DNA of 32,000 nucleotides from Candidatus Kuenenia stuttgartensis. GTDB lineage: Bacteria; Planctomycetota; Brocadiia; Brocadiales; Brocadiaceae. Position numbers and translations under genes: made by a program. Shown in pieces: positions 15,687 to 23,986 of the stretch. The stretch lies in contig NZ_LT934425.1 of NCBI RefSeq assembly GCF_900232105.1, forward strand, positions 3,720,001 to 3,752,000. The letters are read 5' to 3'. A model generated the notes under the pieces. That model was not told the DNA's origin. It made no database searches and worked only from the letters and a program-made list of their open reading frames with translations. Within the stretch, counting starts at the first letter, position 1. Every line of letters starts with the position of its first letter.

Positions 15687-17237
15687 CTAGTCAACATTAA
15701 CGTCAAGTATTGATTGTAAATCGCCAGAGGAAAACTTTATGCTAATATTGTCTTTTTTTGATGTTTTCCTTGCGCCTGTTACTGTAAATACTGCCTTACC
15801 TGCTTCATCTGTCAAAATTGCAGTAGATGAAATCTTTACCTTGTTGCCATCCTTTTGGACAATTGCATCAATCTTAGCGTCCACTGCGGGGCTTCCGTTT
15901 TTACATTTTGCCTTGACTGTTACTTCGCTGCTTTCTCCTTCTTTGAGTTTAAGCTTTTTATCAGGATTTGTTGTTAAACTGCCAAGACTGCATGCCTCTG
16001 CCTGAACCTTTACCTCTAGTTTAGCGCTGAGTTTTTCAGCCTTGAATTTAATTTCTGCTGGCTCTGTATCGGTTTTCATATCACCGGACACAGCAAAAAC
16101 TGCCTTTCCATTTTTATCTGTTTCAGCGCTTTTGGGAGTAAGCGTTATATATTTCTTGCCTTTTATTACCTCGGCTTCTAGTTTAACGCCCTCTGCCGGA
16201 CTATCGTCCTTGCACTTTACTTTAACGGTAATGCTGGCATTTTTGCCTTTTTCCAGGGTTAATTTTTTATCGGGAAGCGTTATTACTGTTTTTGGTTTGC
16301 ATGGAGTTGTTATTTCTGTAGTTTCCTCTGCTGATGTTGTTTTAGCGGTGTCTGCGGAGGTTTTCTCTTCCGTTAGAGAAGTGCCCTCAACTTCAACTTC
16401 ATCAGTGGATATGGATTCATCAACTATTTCTTCGTTAGATGACTCCTCACCTTCTTCTTTCACCAGGGAAGCGGCAACGGTTTCTTCTTCAGAACCGGCT
16501 TCTGTGTCTTTTTCTGCTTCTGTTTTAACCTTTACCTCGAGAATTGTTTTAATATCATCTGCGGAAAATTTGATGGTAGGTGCATCTTTCTTCGTTTTAC
16601 TTATACCGGAAACGGTAAAGACGGCTTTGCCGCTTTCATCGGTTAATGCGCTGGAAGAGGAAAGTTTTATGCTATTACTGCCCTTCTGTATGATGGCATC
16701 CACTTTAACATCAACCGCGGGACTTCCATTGTTGCATTTTAACCTGACGGTTATATCGCTGCTTTGCCCTACGAAAAGTGTTACTTTGTTCTCAGGATTT
16801 GTCTTTATAGTATCCAACTTGCATTCTTCAGCCTGAACCTTTATCTCTAGCGTAGTGCTAAGTTTGTCTGCCTTGAATTTGATTTCGGCATTTTCCGTTT
16901 CTGTCTTCTTATCTCCCGTGATAGTAAACACGGCTTTGCCATTTTCGTCTGTTACCGCACTTTTTGGAGAAAAGGATATGTTTTTGTTGCCTTTTAATAC
17001 TTTCGTCTCTATGGCAACACCGGAAGCCGGGCTGTCGTCCTTGCATTTTAACCTTAGAATGACATTGCCGCTCTTGCCTTTTTTGATGGTAAGTGTCTTT
17101 TCCGGGTTAGTTTGCATAGACTTGGGCTTACAATCAGAGGCAATTGTATTGTTTGTTGGGGCAATAGCCGAAATAAATGAAACACAAATTAAAACAATAC
17201 TATACAAAAAAATATTTCTGCACGTAATTCCGTTCAT
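15687..17237 (-). CDS. secreted protein with four ~100-aa Ig-like (Big-type) domains and a central acidic linker
   Basis: There is a signal peptide. Four domains each begin with C..(T/N)P and contain LKCK..SPA and TDE(N/S/A)GKAVFT(V/I)(T/S)G. They cover aa 36-138, 139-238, 313-415 and 416-516. The E/T/S-rich linker covers aa 239-312. Confidence 0.8.
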   Translation of the reverse strand: MNGITCRNIFLYSIVLICVSFISAIAPTNNTIASDCKPKSMQTNPEKTLTIKKGKSGNVILRLKCKDDSPASGVAIETKVLKGNKNISFSPKSAVTDENGKAVFTITGDKKTETENAEIKFKADKLSTTLEIKVQAEECKLDTIKTNPENKVTLFVGQSSDITVRLKCNNGSPAVDVKVDAIIQKGSNSIKLSSSSALTDESGKAVFTVSGISKTKKDAPTIKFSADDIKTILEVKVKTEAEKDTEAGSEEETVAASLVKEEGEESSNEEIVDESISTDEVEVEGTSLTEEKTSADTAKTTSAEETTEITTPCKPKTVITLPDKKLTLEKGKNASITVKVKCKDDSPAEGVKLEAEVIKGKKYITLTPKSAETDKNGKAVFAVSGDMKTDTEPAEIKFKAEKLSAKLEVKVQAEACSLGSLTTNPDKKLKLKEGESSEVTVKAKCKNGSPAVDAKIDAIVQKDGNKVKISSTAILTDEAGKAVFTVTGARKTSKKDNISIKFSSGDLQSILDVNVD

Positions 17238-17495
17238 GCGCCTTTCTCCTGATCTTCTTTTAAAAATATTTTGCGGTAGAGATAAAGTAAATTACCCGTT
17301 TTTTGATTTAAGAGCGGGGTAATATTTATGAGTTATTTGGTGTGTGACAAAGAAAGAAAAAAGCACGCTATCCCAATAGAGATGTTTATTGATATGAGTG
17401 GATATTATAAATACCATATTGAGAAAATGCAACGTTAAAAGTAAATGAAGGTGAGGTGTAATGTTTACGCTGAATAGTTACCCGATAGGATAAAC

Positions 17496-17530
17496 AAAAA
17501 CAGGCTGGATATTATATCCAGCCTGTTTTT
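17496..17530 (-). terminator. bidirectional Rho-independent terminator
   Basis: A5 - caggctggata (17501-17511) - tta - tatccagcctg (17515-17525) - T5. It lies 67 nt downstream of the YHS gene stop. Confidence 0.8.
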
Positions 17531-17596
17531 GTTGGTCATACATGACGATGAATCAATTTGGAGATGATTCAAACAGGGTAAAAATGAGAGAATGTA

Positions 17597-17893
17597 TTAC
17601 TGTCCGGTTCTCTCGTTAAAAACTTTCTTACACTGTTCTGAACAGAAGTAATATACCTCCCCTTTGAATTCTGCTGAAGGGGAATTTTTCAAATCCTTAA
17701 CTTCCATTCCGCAAATGGGATCTTTTGCAACCCCTTCCTGCCCTTCTTCTTTTATTTCGTGCTTATGTGGCGGACGGCTGGCATCACTGCCGCATACTCC
17801 ACAGCTTGCCCAGGAAGCAGCGCTTACGCAAAAGATGCTAATGCAAGTAATAAAAAAGATGGTTGTCCTGTTTATGTAGAAATATTTTTTCAT
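17597..17893 (-). CDS. secreted YHS-domain (TRASH-type metal-binding) protein
   Basis: There is a signal peptide. The C-terminus DPICGMEVKDLKNSPSAEFKGEVYYFCSEQCKKVF matches the YHS pattern (DPVCGM...Y.G..YYFCS..C...F). A Cys/His-rich stretch (CGVCGSDASRPPHKH) is also present. Confidence 0.8.
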   Translation of the reverse strand: MKKYFYINRTTIFFITCISIFCVSAASWASCGVCGSDASRPPHKHEIKEEGQEGVAKDPICGMEVKDLKNSPSAEFKGEVYYFCSEQCKKVFNERTGQ

Positions 17894-18302
17894 AAATAAA
17901 TCTCCTTGAGAAATATACTTGATTTATAATCTAAAATAATACAGCAATGCCTCCTTTCGAAATAAAGAAAATTGTAAACAACAAGGTCTATCTATTTTCG
18001 TATTCCGTTTCACGCTCATCGATTATAAAAAACAATAATACCGAATAAAAGATAAATACGCATTTATTATTTACCCGGCGGACATTATTCAACAGGTGAT
18101 CCTGTTTAACTGGTAACTATTCAGCGTAATCTATTAAACTATCGAAGCACCACTCGTTCCCAAACAGAACAGACTGGGTCAAATGTGCAATTTTATCCTA
18201 TTTCACAACAAGCATTTCTCCCTTTTGAGGCAACAAAGTTTCATTTGCCCCAGTCTGTGGAGCTTGAGAACGAGAGAATGTCCGCTTCGGCGAGGCCTTA
18301 TG

Positions 18303-18608
18303 TTAAACCGTCTTGTTTTTTTCATCAACGCTCAATCTGTCTAGCTTTTTTTTAAGCCATTCGTTCTCCACCTTCAATTGCCCTATTTGCCGGTACAACT
18401 CATCTATTACCTTCTTCTTTTCTCCGATAGTCTTCGCCTCCTTTCCCTGAAATATCCCTCCTAATCCTTCTATCGCTCGTTTCCGCCACTTTGCTATTTG
18501 TGTCTTATGGACTTCGTACTGTGATGACAATTCTGCCAGCGTCTTTTCCTCCCTGATTGCATCCAATGCCACCTTTGCCATGTATTCTGCATCAAAACTC
18601 TTTCTCAT
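18303..18608 (-). CDS. IS3-family OrfA (HTH + leucine-zipper-like helix)
   Basis: The 101-aa ORF reads MRKSFDAEYMAKVALDAIREEKTLAELSSQYEVHKTQIAKWRKRA...LYRQIGQLKVENEWLKKKL, typical of IS3 OrfA. Confidence 0.75.
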   Translation of the reverse strand: MRKSFDAEYMAKVALDAIREEKTLAELSSQYEVHKTQIAKWRKRAIEGLGGIFQGKEAKTIGEKKKVIDELYRQIGQLKVENEWLKKKLDRLSVDEKNKTV

Positions 18609-18687
18609 TTTTCAGACCTCCCTTTCCATTACCTATCTTACCAAAAAAGCATCTTAACTACTGGTCTGAAAAAGCCCGTCCATTATA
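18303..18687 (-). mobile_element. IS3-family left-end remnant B (outer end + complete orfA, no orfB)
   Basis: The outer 222 nt match remnant A in inverted orientation. The element ends just after an A7 run (T7 at 18316-18322 on +). No DDE-encoding frame follows. Confidence 0.8.
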
Positions 18688-18759
18688 AAATAAATAAATA
18701 AAGAAATTAATTTTCCATCAAGACACAGGCCAAAGGAGATGTATAGGATTAAAAAATAT

Positions 18760-20790
18760 CTATTCATGGTTTAGATATTTTTTGATTTTTTTAATTAAAC
18801 AAAGCAATGCATCTACAAAACAGCAATAAATGGTCTTGACAAACCCATCCGCCGCACAAATAATTTTCTTTTCTTTATAAAAATGCTCCCATTGCCGCAA
18901 TTTTCTCTTACATCTTAATTCGCGGATACATACACCAAGTTTCGCACCGGCAGAACCATCCAGAAGATCAAGAATGTAAGGGCGCTTGAAACATTTATAG
19001 AAAAAAGCAGCAATTCCCTTTCGAATTCTTTTATAGTGGCGTTGACGTATATAAGTGCGGTTAGTATTTATAAGTGCTTTTATACCTGAAAAAAAATCAA
19101 CAGAAATTAGAACACGAGCTGCCGCATCAGCGGCGTTCCAGCTTTGACAATAACATGCTTGTTTATAGACTTCTTGTATTTTGTTAACAGCTATTTTTTT
19201 GCCTTGCAATCGTTCAATGTCTAAAATAATAATTTCACTCAAAAACCCATCTTCGAAGGAATCATATTCAGCAGATTCAGAACTAAGGCGAGAGAAATCG
19301 CTAAATATTTTTTCAAAATTGGTTTGTTTCTCAATAACGTGTTCTTTTTTCAAGCGTTTGCAATGAGGAGTATTGCTTCGTATTATATCACGTGCTATCT
19401 CAAGATAAAGGCGTGTTATAATTGCCAATTCTCTTCTGTCAAGTAGCAATGGAGGATCAAGAACAATTGGTTCTAGAGTTTTTATTGCATCGTCCAATTT
19501 TCCAAGGCGCCAATAAGTAAAGCCTTTTAGACAAGTGATTTTTGAGGACTCATTGTTAAGATTGTCGTTTACGTTAATTTTTTCTAAATATTGCATTGCA
19601 GAGCAATAGGCAGATACACTTAAAAGAGCATTTGCTATATCCCAATATAGTAGTGGCGTAAGTTTTGTTATAGTATTTTTACTACTATTATAGGATAATT
19701 CGCGTATATATTGAATATGCAAGGAAGGCCATCCTGCAATAACCCCTGGCCCTTTATCAAACATAATATAAGTAGAGTTTCTAAGATTTTCTAAAGAAAT
19801 TTCACTGAACCAATCTTTAAAGTTTTTTTCCCACTCAGGATTTTGGGAATTTGTGCTACGTTTCCATCCATATTCAGCACCTAATTTGAGTAACCAATTA
19901 TCTTTTGTATCTTCAGATGTAAGATTAGTTCTAATCCAATATTTAGTGAAATCTGGTGGTCTCTCACCTTTTTTTACAACCCAGATTAATTTCGCACAAG
20001 TATTATTTAAGTTTCTTAAGTGAGGCGAAATATCAATATCGCCATATCCACTGTAGCCGACGACAAGAACTACTTTATTATTAAGCAGTTTTTCGATATA
20101 GTTGTACTCTTCAAGATATTTTCCTTTTATTAAAGCAGGAGAAGTTGCTTTGATCTTACCCTGAAAAACATCTCCATGAAGCTTAAGTATGTATGGTTCG
20201 TTTTCTAAATTATTTAATGGTTGAGAATGAATTAATAATCGGATGCTATTGTTACACAATTCAATGGCATTATCAAAATTAGTTGTAATAACAGCGCTTG
20301 CCTTCTTTTTCTCAAGTAGAAAGCTAATCGCCGAATGGTTTGAGTTAAATTGTTTTTCTTTGCATTTAAATACAGCTCTTATTAAAGAATCAATAACACT
20401 TGGCTTTTCTTTCGATGGTTGTTCAAACGCATTAATAGAGGAATCTGGAGAACCAACGTCTTTTGAAATAAAGGAAACTTGAATACGATATAAAAGATCT
20501 TCGAATTTAGTATTTATACGAAGAGAAACATATACTCCTTCCGCTAATTCATACGAGTACTTGGCTAACAATCTATCATAGTATGAAGGTGATTTTTCTG
20601 CATCTTCTAATTCTAAAAATAGTTTTAAATTATAAAAGAAGTGCTTTGAAAAGTCAGAAACTGATGGTAGAAAATTTTTTTCAATCCCATTTCCTAACAA
20701 AGAAATTCCGCAACCACAAAAAATGACAAAAGAATCACCAAGCTCATTTCTTAGTTTATTGAATGAGTTTAATTCTATTGCATATGTCAA
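18760..20790 (-). CDS. SIR2_2-family (SIR2-like, PF13289-type) protein with long alpha-helical / TPR-like C-terminal half
   Basis: The SIR2_2 motif order is FVIFCGCGIS (aa 21-30), VITTNFDNAIE (Asn171 codon 20278-20280), ILKLHGD (His205 codon 20176-20178), VLVVGYSGYGDIDISP. The C-terminal ~370 aa are helical and include TPR-like CLKGFTYWRLGKLDDAIKTLEPIV. The TTG start has GAGGAG 11 nt upstream. The gene is markedly AT-rich. Confidence 0.75.
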   Translation of the reverse strand: MTYAIELNSFNKLRNELGDSFVIFCGCGISLLGNGIEKNFLPSVSDFSKHFFYNLKLFLELEDAEKSPSYYDRLLAKYSYELAEGVYVSLRINTKFEDLLYRIQVSFISKDVGSPDSSINAFEQPSKEKPSVIDSLIRAVFKCKEKQFNSNHSAISFLLEKKKASAVITTNFDNAIELCNNSIRLLIHSQPLNNLENEPYILKLHGDVFQGKIKATSPALIKGKYLEEYNYIEKLLNNKVVLVVGYSGYGDIDISPHLRNLNNTCAKLIWVVKKGERPPDFTKYWIRTNLTSEDTKDNWLLKLGAEYGWKRSTNSQNPEWEKNFKDWFSEISLENLRNSTYIMFDKGPGVIAGWPSLHIQYIRELSYNSSKNTITKLTPLLYWDIANALLSVSAYCSAMQYLEKINVNDNLNNESSKITCLKGFTYWRLGKLDDAIKTLEPIVLDPPLLLDRRELAIITRLYLEIARDIIRSNTPHCKRLKKEHVIEKQTNFEKIFSDFSRLSSESAEYDSFEDGFLSEIIILDIERLQGKKIAVNKIQEVYKQACYCQSWNAADAAARVLISVDFFSGIKALINTNRTYIRQRHYKRIRKGIAAFFYKCFKRPYILDLLDGSAGAKLGVCIRELRCKRKLRQWEHFYKEKKIICAADGFVKTIYCCFVDALLCLIKKIKKYLNHE

Positions 20791-21168
20791 ATTTAAAATA
20801 GCTCCTCAAGAAATATTTTTAAACAAAAAAATAAAAGTAGAATTAGCAATAAATATTTTAATTAACAATTAAAATATACCAAATTATATTGATATTTACT
20901 TCTATAGCATTTGTATCTGTTTGAATTTGTAAATATGAAATATTAAAAGTTCTTAAGTCATTGATATTGGGCTGGTTTCCCGCTTTTCCTTGAAAATTAA
21001 GATATTGTTGGCATACATCAATTCTATCATTTTTGATTGATTTTAGCACGAAATTAGCACGCACATCGAACAACCATGACGCTGTCAAAGTTTTCCATAA
21101 GCACATAAAATACAAAGATATGTAAAAAAACGTGGACATTCCCCCTAAAATATTTTATATTATAGGGC

Positions 21169-22928
21169 ATGAACCAGCATACAACACCAATCGATAACAC
21201 ACACAACGAACTACTTCATTCAATTACCGTTCGTCCTGTTTCACAAAACGACCAGGCAAATTGGGACACACTGATGCGCCAGCATCATTACCTTGGATTT
21301 CGTTCTCTCGTAGGAGAATCAATTCGCTACGTAGCGGAATCACAGGGACAATGGCTTGCCTTGATCGGCTGGGCTGCCGCAGCATTAAAATGTACCGTTC
21401 GCGATAAGTGGATTGGATGGCCGCCATTTTTAAAATCGCAACGACTGAAACTCATAGCAAACAACTCACGTTTCCTGATCCTTCCTCAGATACACGTACC
21501 AAACCTTGCCTCCCGTATTCTTTCTCTTAACCTTAAGCGCTTATCACAAGACTGGACTAAGGTCTATGGGCATCCAATCTGGCTTGTGGAGACCTTTGTC
21601 GATCCTCGTTTTTTTAAAGGCGTCTGCTATAAGGCCGCAGGATGGATTTTTTTAGGACATTCAACCGGTTTTGCCAGATCATCACAAGGCTATCTTCTGC
21701 ACAATAAGCCAAAGATGGTCTTTGTTCGCTCATTGAAAGCACAAGTCCAAAAACAACTTAACAACCTTAATCTTACCATACAATTAAGAAAGGAGACAAA
21801 GCCTATGAAATTATCTTTAAAAGATGCGGAATTTCTTGACGAATTATTGCAGCAAATCCCTGAACATCGCATGCCCAGAGGCGTTCGCCACAGGAAACGT
21901 TCTATCCTGGCAATTTCTATCTGTGCTATCATCTGCAATGCCTGGAGCTTTGCCGCCATTGCAGAGTGGGCAAAGCGTTGTCCGCAAAATATGCTAAAAC
22001 GTCTCTCCTGCCGTTATAATACAAAAACGAAACGATACGAACCACCGAGTGAACCTACCATCAGGCGTTTCTTACAGCAGGTGGATGCAGAAGCAGTTGA
22101 TAAAGTCCTCTCGCGTTGGTTTCAATCTGTAGGTGATAAAAGCCTGCCCATTGCGGTTGACGGGAAAACCCTTTGCGGTGCAAGACAGCCTGACGGCAAA
22201 CAGGTACATTTGCTTGCCGCTTTTCTTCATAAACAGGGTATAGTTCTCGCACAAACTCAGGTAGACCGCAAAACAAACGAAATACCGATGGTTCCGGTAT
22301 TGTTTGATGATTTAGACATAAAAGACCGTGTCGTTACTTTCGATGCCTTACATGCGCAAAAGGAAACCGCCCGTTATCTGGTAGAAGACAAAAAGGCAGA
22401 ATATATATTCACGGTGAAAGATAATCAAAAAACCATAAAACAAGCCATCTAGGAACTGAATCTCAGTTCTTTTCCCCCCCTCAGCACGAAACAATTGAAA
22501 AAGGCCATGGCCGCATTGAAATCCGCAGGATTTGGACCAGCACCGAATTAAACGAATAACTTGATTTCCCCTACGTTAAGCAGGTATTTTGCATTCATAG
22601 AATATTTACAAAAGTCAAGACCGGCAAAAAGACCGAGGAAATTGTTTACGGTATTACCAGCCTGACACAACAAAAAGCAAGTCCCAAAACCATTCTTAAG
22701 TTTTCCCGCGGACACTGGTCAATAGAAAATGGACTTCATTATGTGCGTGATACCTCCTTCCGTGAAGACCATTCTCAAATACGCACACAAAATGCCCCAA
22801 GGGCAATGGCTTCTTTGAAGAACCTTGTGGTTGGGCTGTTTCATTTTCTCAATGTACCAAATATTGCAAAGACGCTCAGAAATTTTGCGGCAAGACCTTT
22901 TCTTGCACTTCAAATGCTTCGCTTGTAA
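21169..22928 (+). pseudogene. ISAs1-family (H-repeat type) DDE transposase with DUF4338-like N-terminal domain; disrupted
   Basis: aa ~20-200 read HHYLGFRSLVGESIRYVA..WLALIGWAAAALKCTVRDKWIGW..LIANNSRFLILP..NLASRIL..YGHPIWLVETFVDP.FFKGVCYKAAGW, a DUF4338 pattern. The transposase part then follows (DDE_Tnp_1_assoc-like, and later EKGHGRIEIRR, HWSIENGLHYVRDTSFREDHSQIR). Lesions are a TAG at 22450-22452, a frame change in the C7 run at 22474-22480, and a TAA at 22557-22559. Confidence 0.75.
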
Positions 22929-23170
22929 TGTAGAGAACAAAAAAAAGCCTTTATTTTTTTACTATCTCTTTCGTTACCACAGGGATACTCCCGTTACATT
23001 TTGCTTGTTTTGCTCATTTCTGCAGATTTATATGGGAATTCTATCGTTTTTTACTTTCTTCTCCACTTATTGACGGGAGCTTTTGGCACAAATTCTTGAT
23101 CCGCGTCTTTCGTAGGGTGACTTTGACGTTGCCGTGAATTAAGTATGGTGTCCCTTGAATTATCTCTGAA

Positions 23171-23497
23171 TTATCCTTTTTTATTTTGTATAATATCGTC
23201 TGCCCAGCTTAATGCAGCAACAACGTTCGGAAATCCAATGGTACTGGTGACGAGAATCATTGTATGATATATCTCCTCCGGTGTTACCCCTGCTTCAAGT
23301 GCCCTTCTTACATGACTATGAACAGCGCCCTCGGAGCGTTCAGTTGCAGCAGTTGCAAGTTGAATTAGTTGTGCAGTCTTTTCGTCCAGGGGACCCTCCT
23401 GTTTAACAACCTTGCCAAGCTCCTCAACGGCATCGAAATATTTTTCATGTCGTTTTTTAATTTGAAGAAACTGTTTAGGTAATTTTTCCTTTGCCAT
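23171..23497 (-). CDS. carboxymuconolactone decarboxylase (AhpD-like) family protein
   Basis: The pattern is LDEKTAQLIQLATAATERSEGAVHSHVRRALEAGVTPEEIYHTMILVTSTIGFP. I prefer the ATG at 23497 (aaaggag RBS) over the TTG at 23521 given in the ORF track. Confidence 0.8.
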   Translation of the reverse strand: MAKEKLPKQFLQIKKRHEKYFDAVEELGKVVKQEGPLDEKTAQLIQLATAATERSEGAVHSHVRRALEAGVTPEEIYHTMILVTSTIGFPNVVAALSWADDIIQNKKG

Positions 23498-23705
23498 ACT
23501 ACACTCCTTTTCAATAAGCAATTATACTGATTATAATTTACGGTGGGTAAGTACTGTATTTTATCATACTGTTGTTAAAAAAAGGATGATAAATATTATT
23601 GAGTTATGTTGTTATTGATTTTTATAAGGAAAAATCCTATTGATCCAAGTTCAACAAGTAAAAACCATATCTTTTGTAACACCAATAAGTTGCAATTTTA
23701 GTACT

Positions 23706-23981
23706 TCATTTTTCTACACTACATCTTTGAGTTTTAATAGGTGATTTTATATATTTTCTGCCTGGCGGTGTATGTTTCATATGAAGATTATTATAAATCA
23801 TGTGTTGCTCTTCCGTGGGTGTTGTGCAGGTTCTGACATCAATAACGTGGCCATCCTCTGTGTTCATGGTAGTTGTTACCCTTATGTGTGTAGCAAGGAT
23901 ATTACAGATCGTATTCCACGTATGATGAATCCCCACGGTTCTTAGCTTCTTTAATATCCCGGCAGGCATATGATAGGCCAA
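23706..23981 (-). pseudogene. C-terminal fragment of a DDE transposase (IS4/IS1634-like tail), tentative
   Basis: ..WNTICNILATHIRVTTTMNTEDGHVIDVRTCTTPTEEQHMIYNNLHMKHTPPG resembles the conserved tail of IS1634-type transposases (W..i...l..h.rvt......G......R....P...q..iy..l). No catalytic region is present. Confidence 0.3.
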
Positions 23982-23986
23982 TACCG

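Noticed and set aside
15739-17322. Three long plus-strand ORFs (15739-16005, 16042-16836, 16855-17322; up to 264 aa) opposite the Ig-like repeat gene
   Set aside because: They are antisense shadows of a Lys/Glu/Thr-rich repetitive gene. Their products are low-complexity Ser/Leu/Phe strings with no motifs or RBS. The minus-strand gene has a signal peptide, domain structure and a terminator.
18303-18330. Programmed -1 frameshift site (A7 run, T7 at 18316-18322 on +) at the end of IS3 orfA
   Set aside because: The motif is of the right type, but shifting -1 hits a stop within a few codons and no DDE orfB follows. The element is truncated here, so the site is vestigial.
20858-21139. 93-aa minus-strand ORF upstream of the SIR2 gene (possible partner gene)
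   Set aside because: It is extremely AT-rich. Its GGGGG lies directly against the ATG (about 1-nt spacer). It has no motifs, and the sequence is Asn/Ile-rich as expected from random AT-rich DNA. It is not excluded, but it is unsupported and is worth re-testing only if homologues co-occur with the SIR2 gene.
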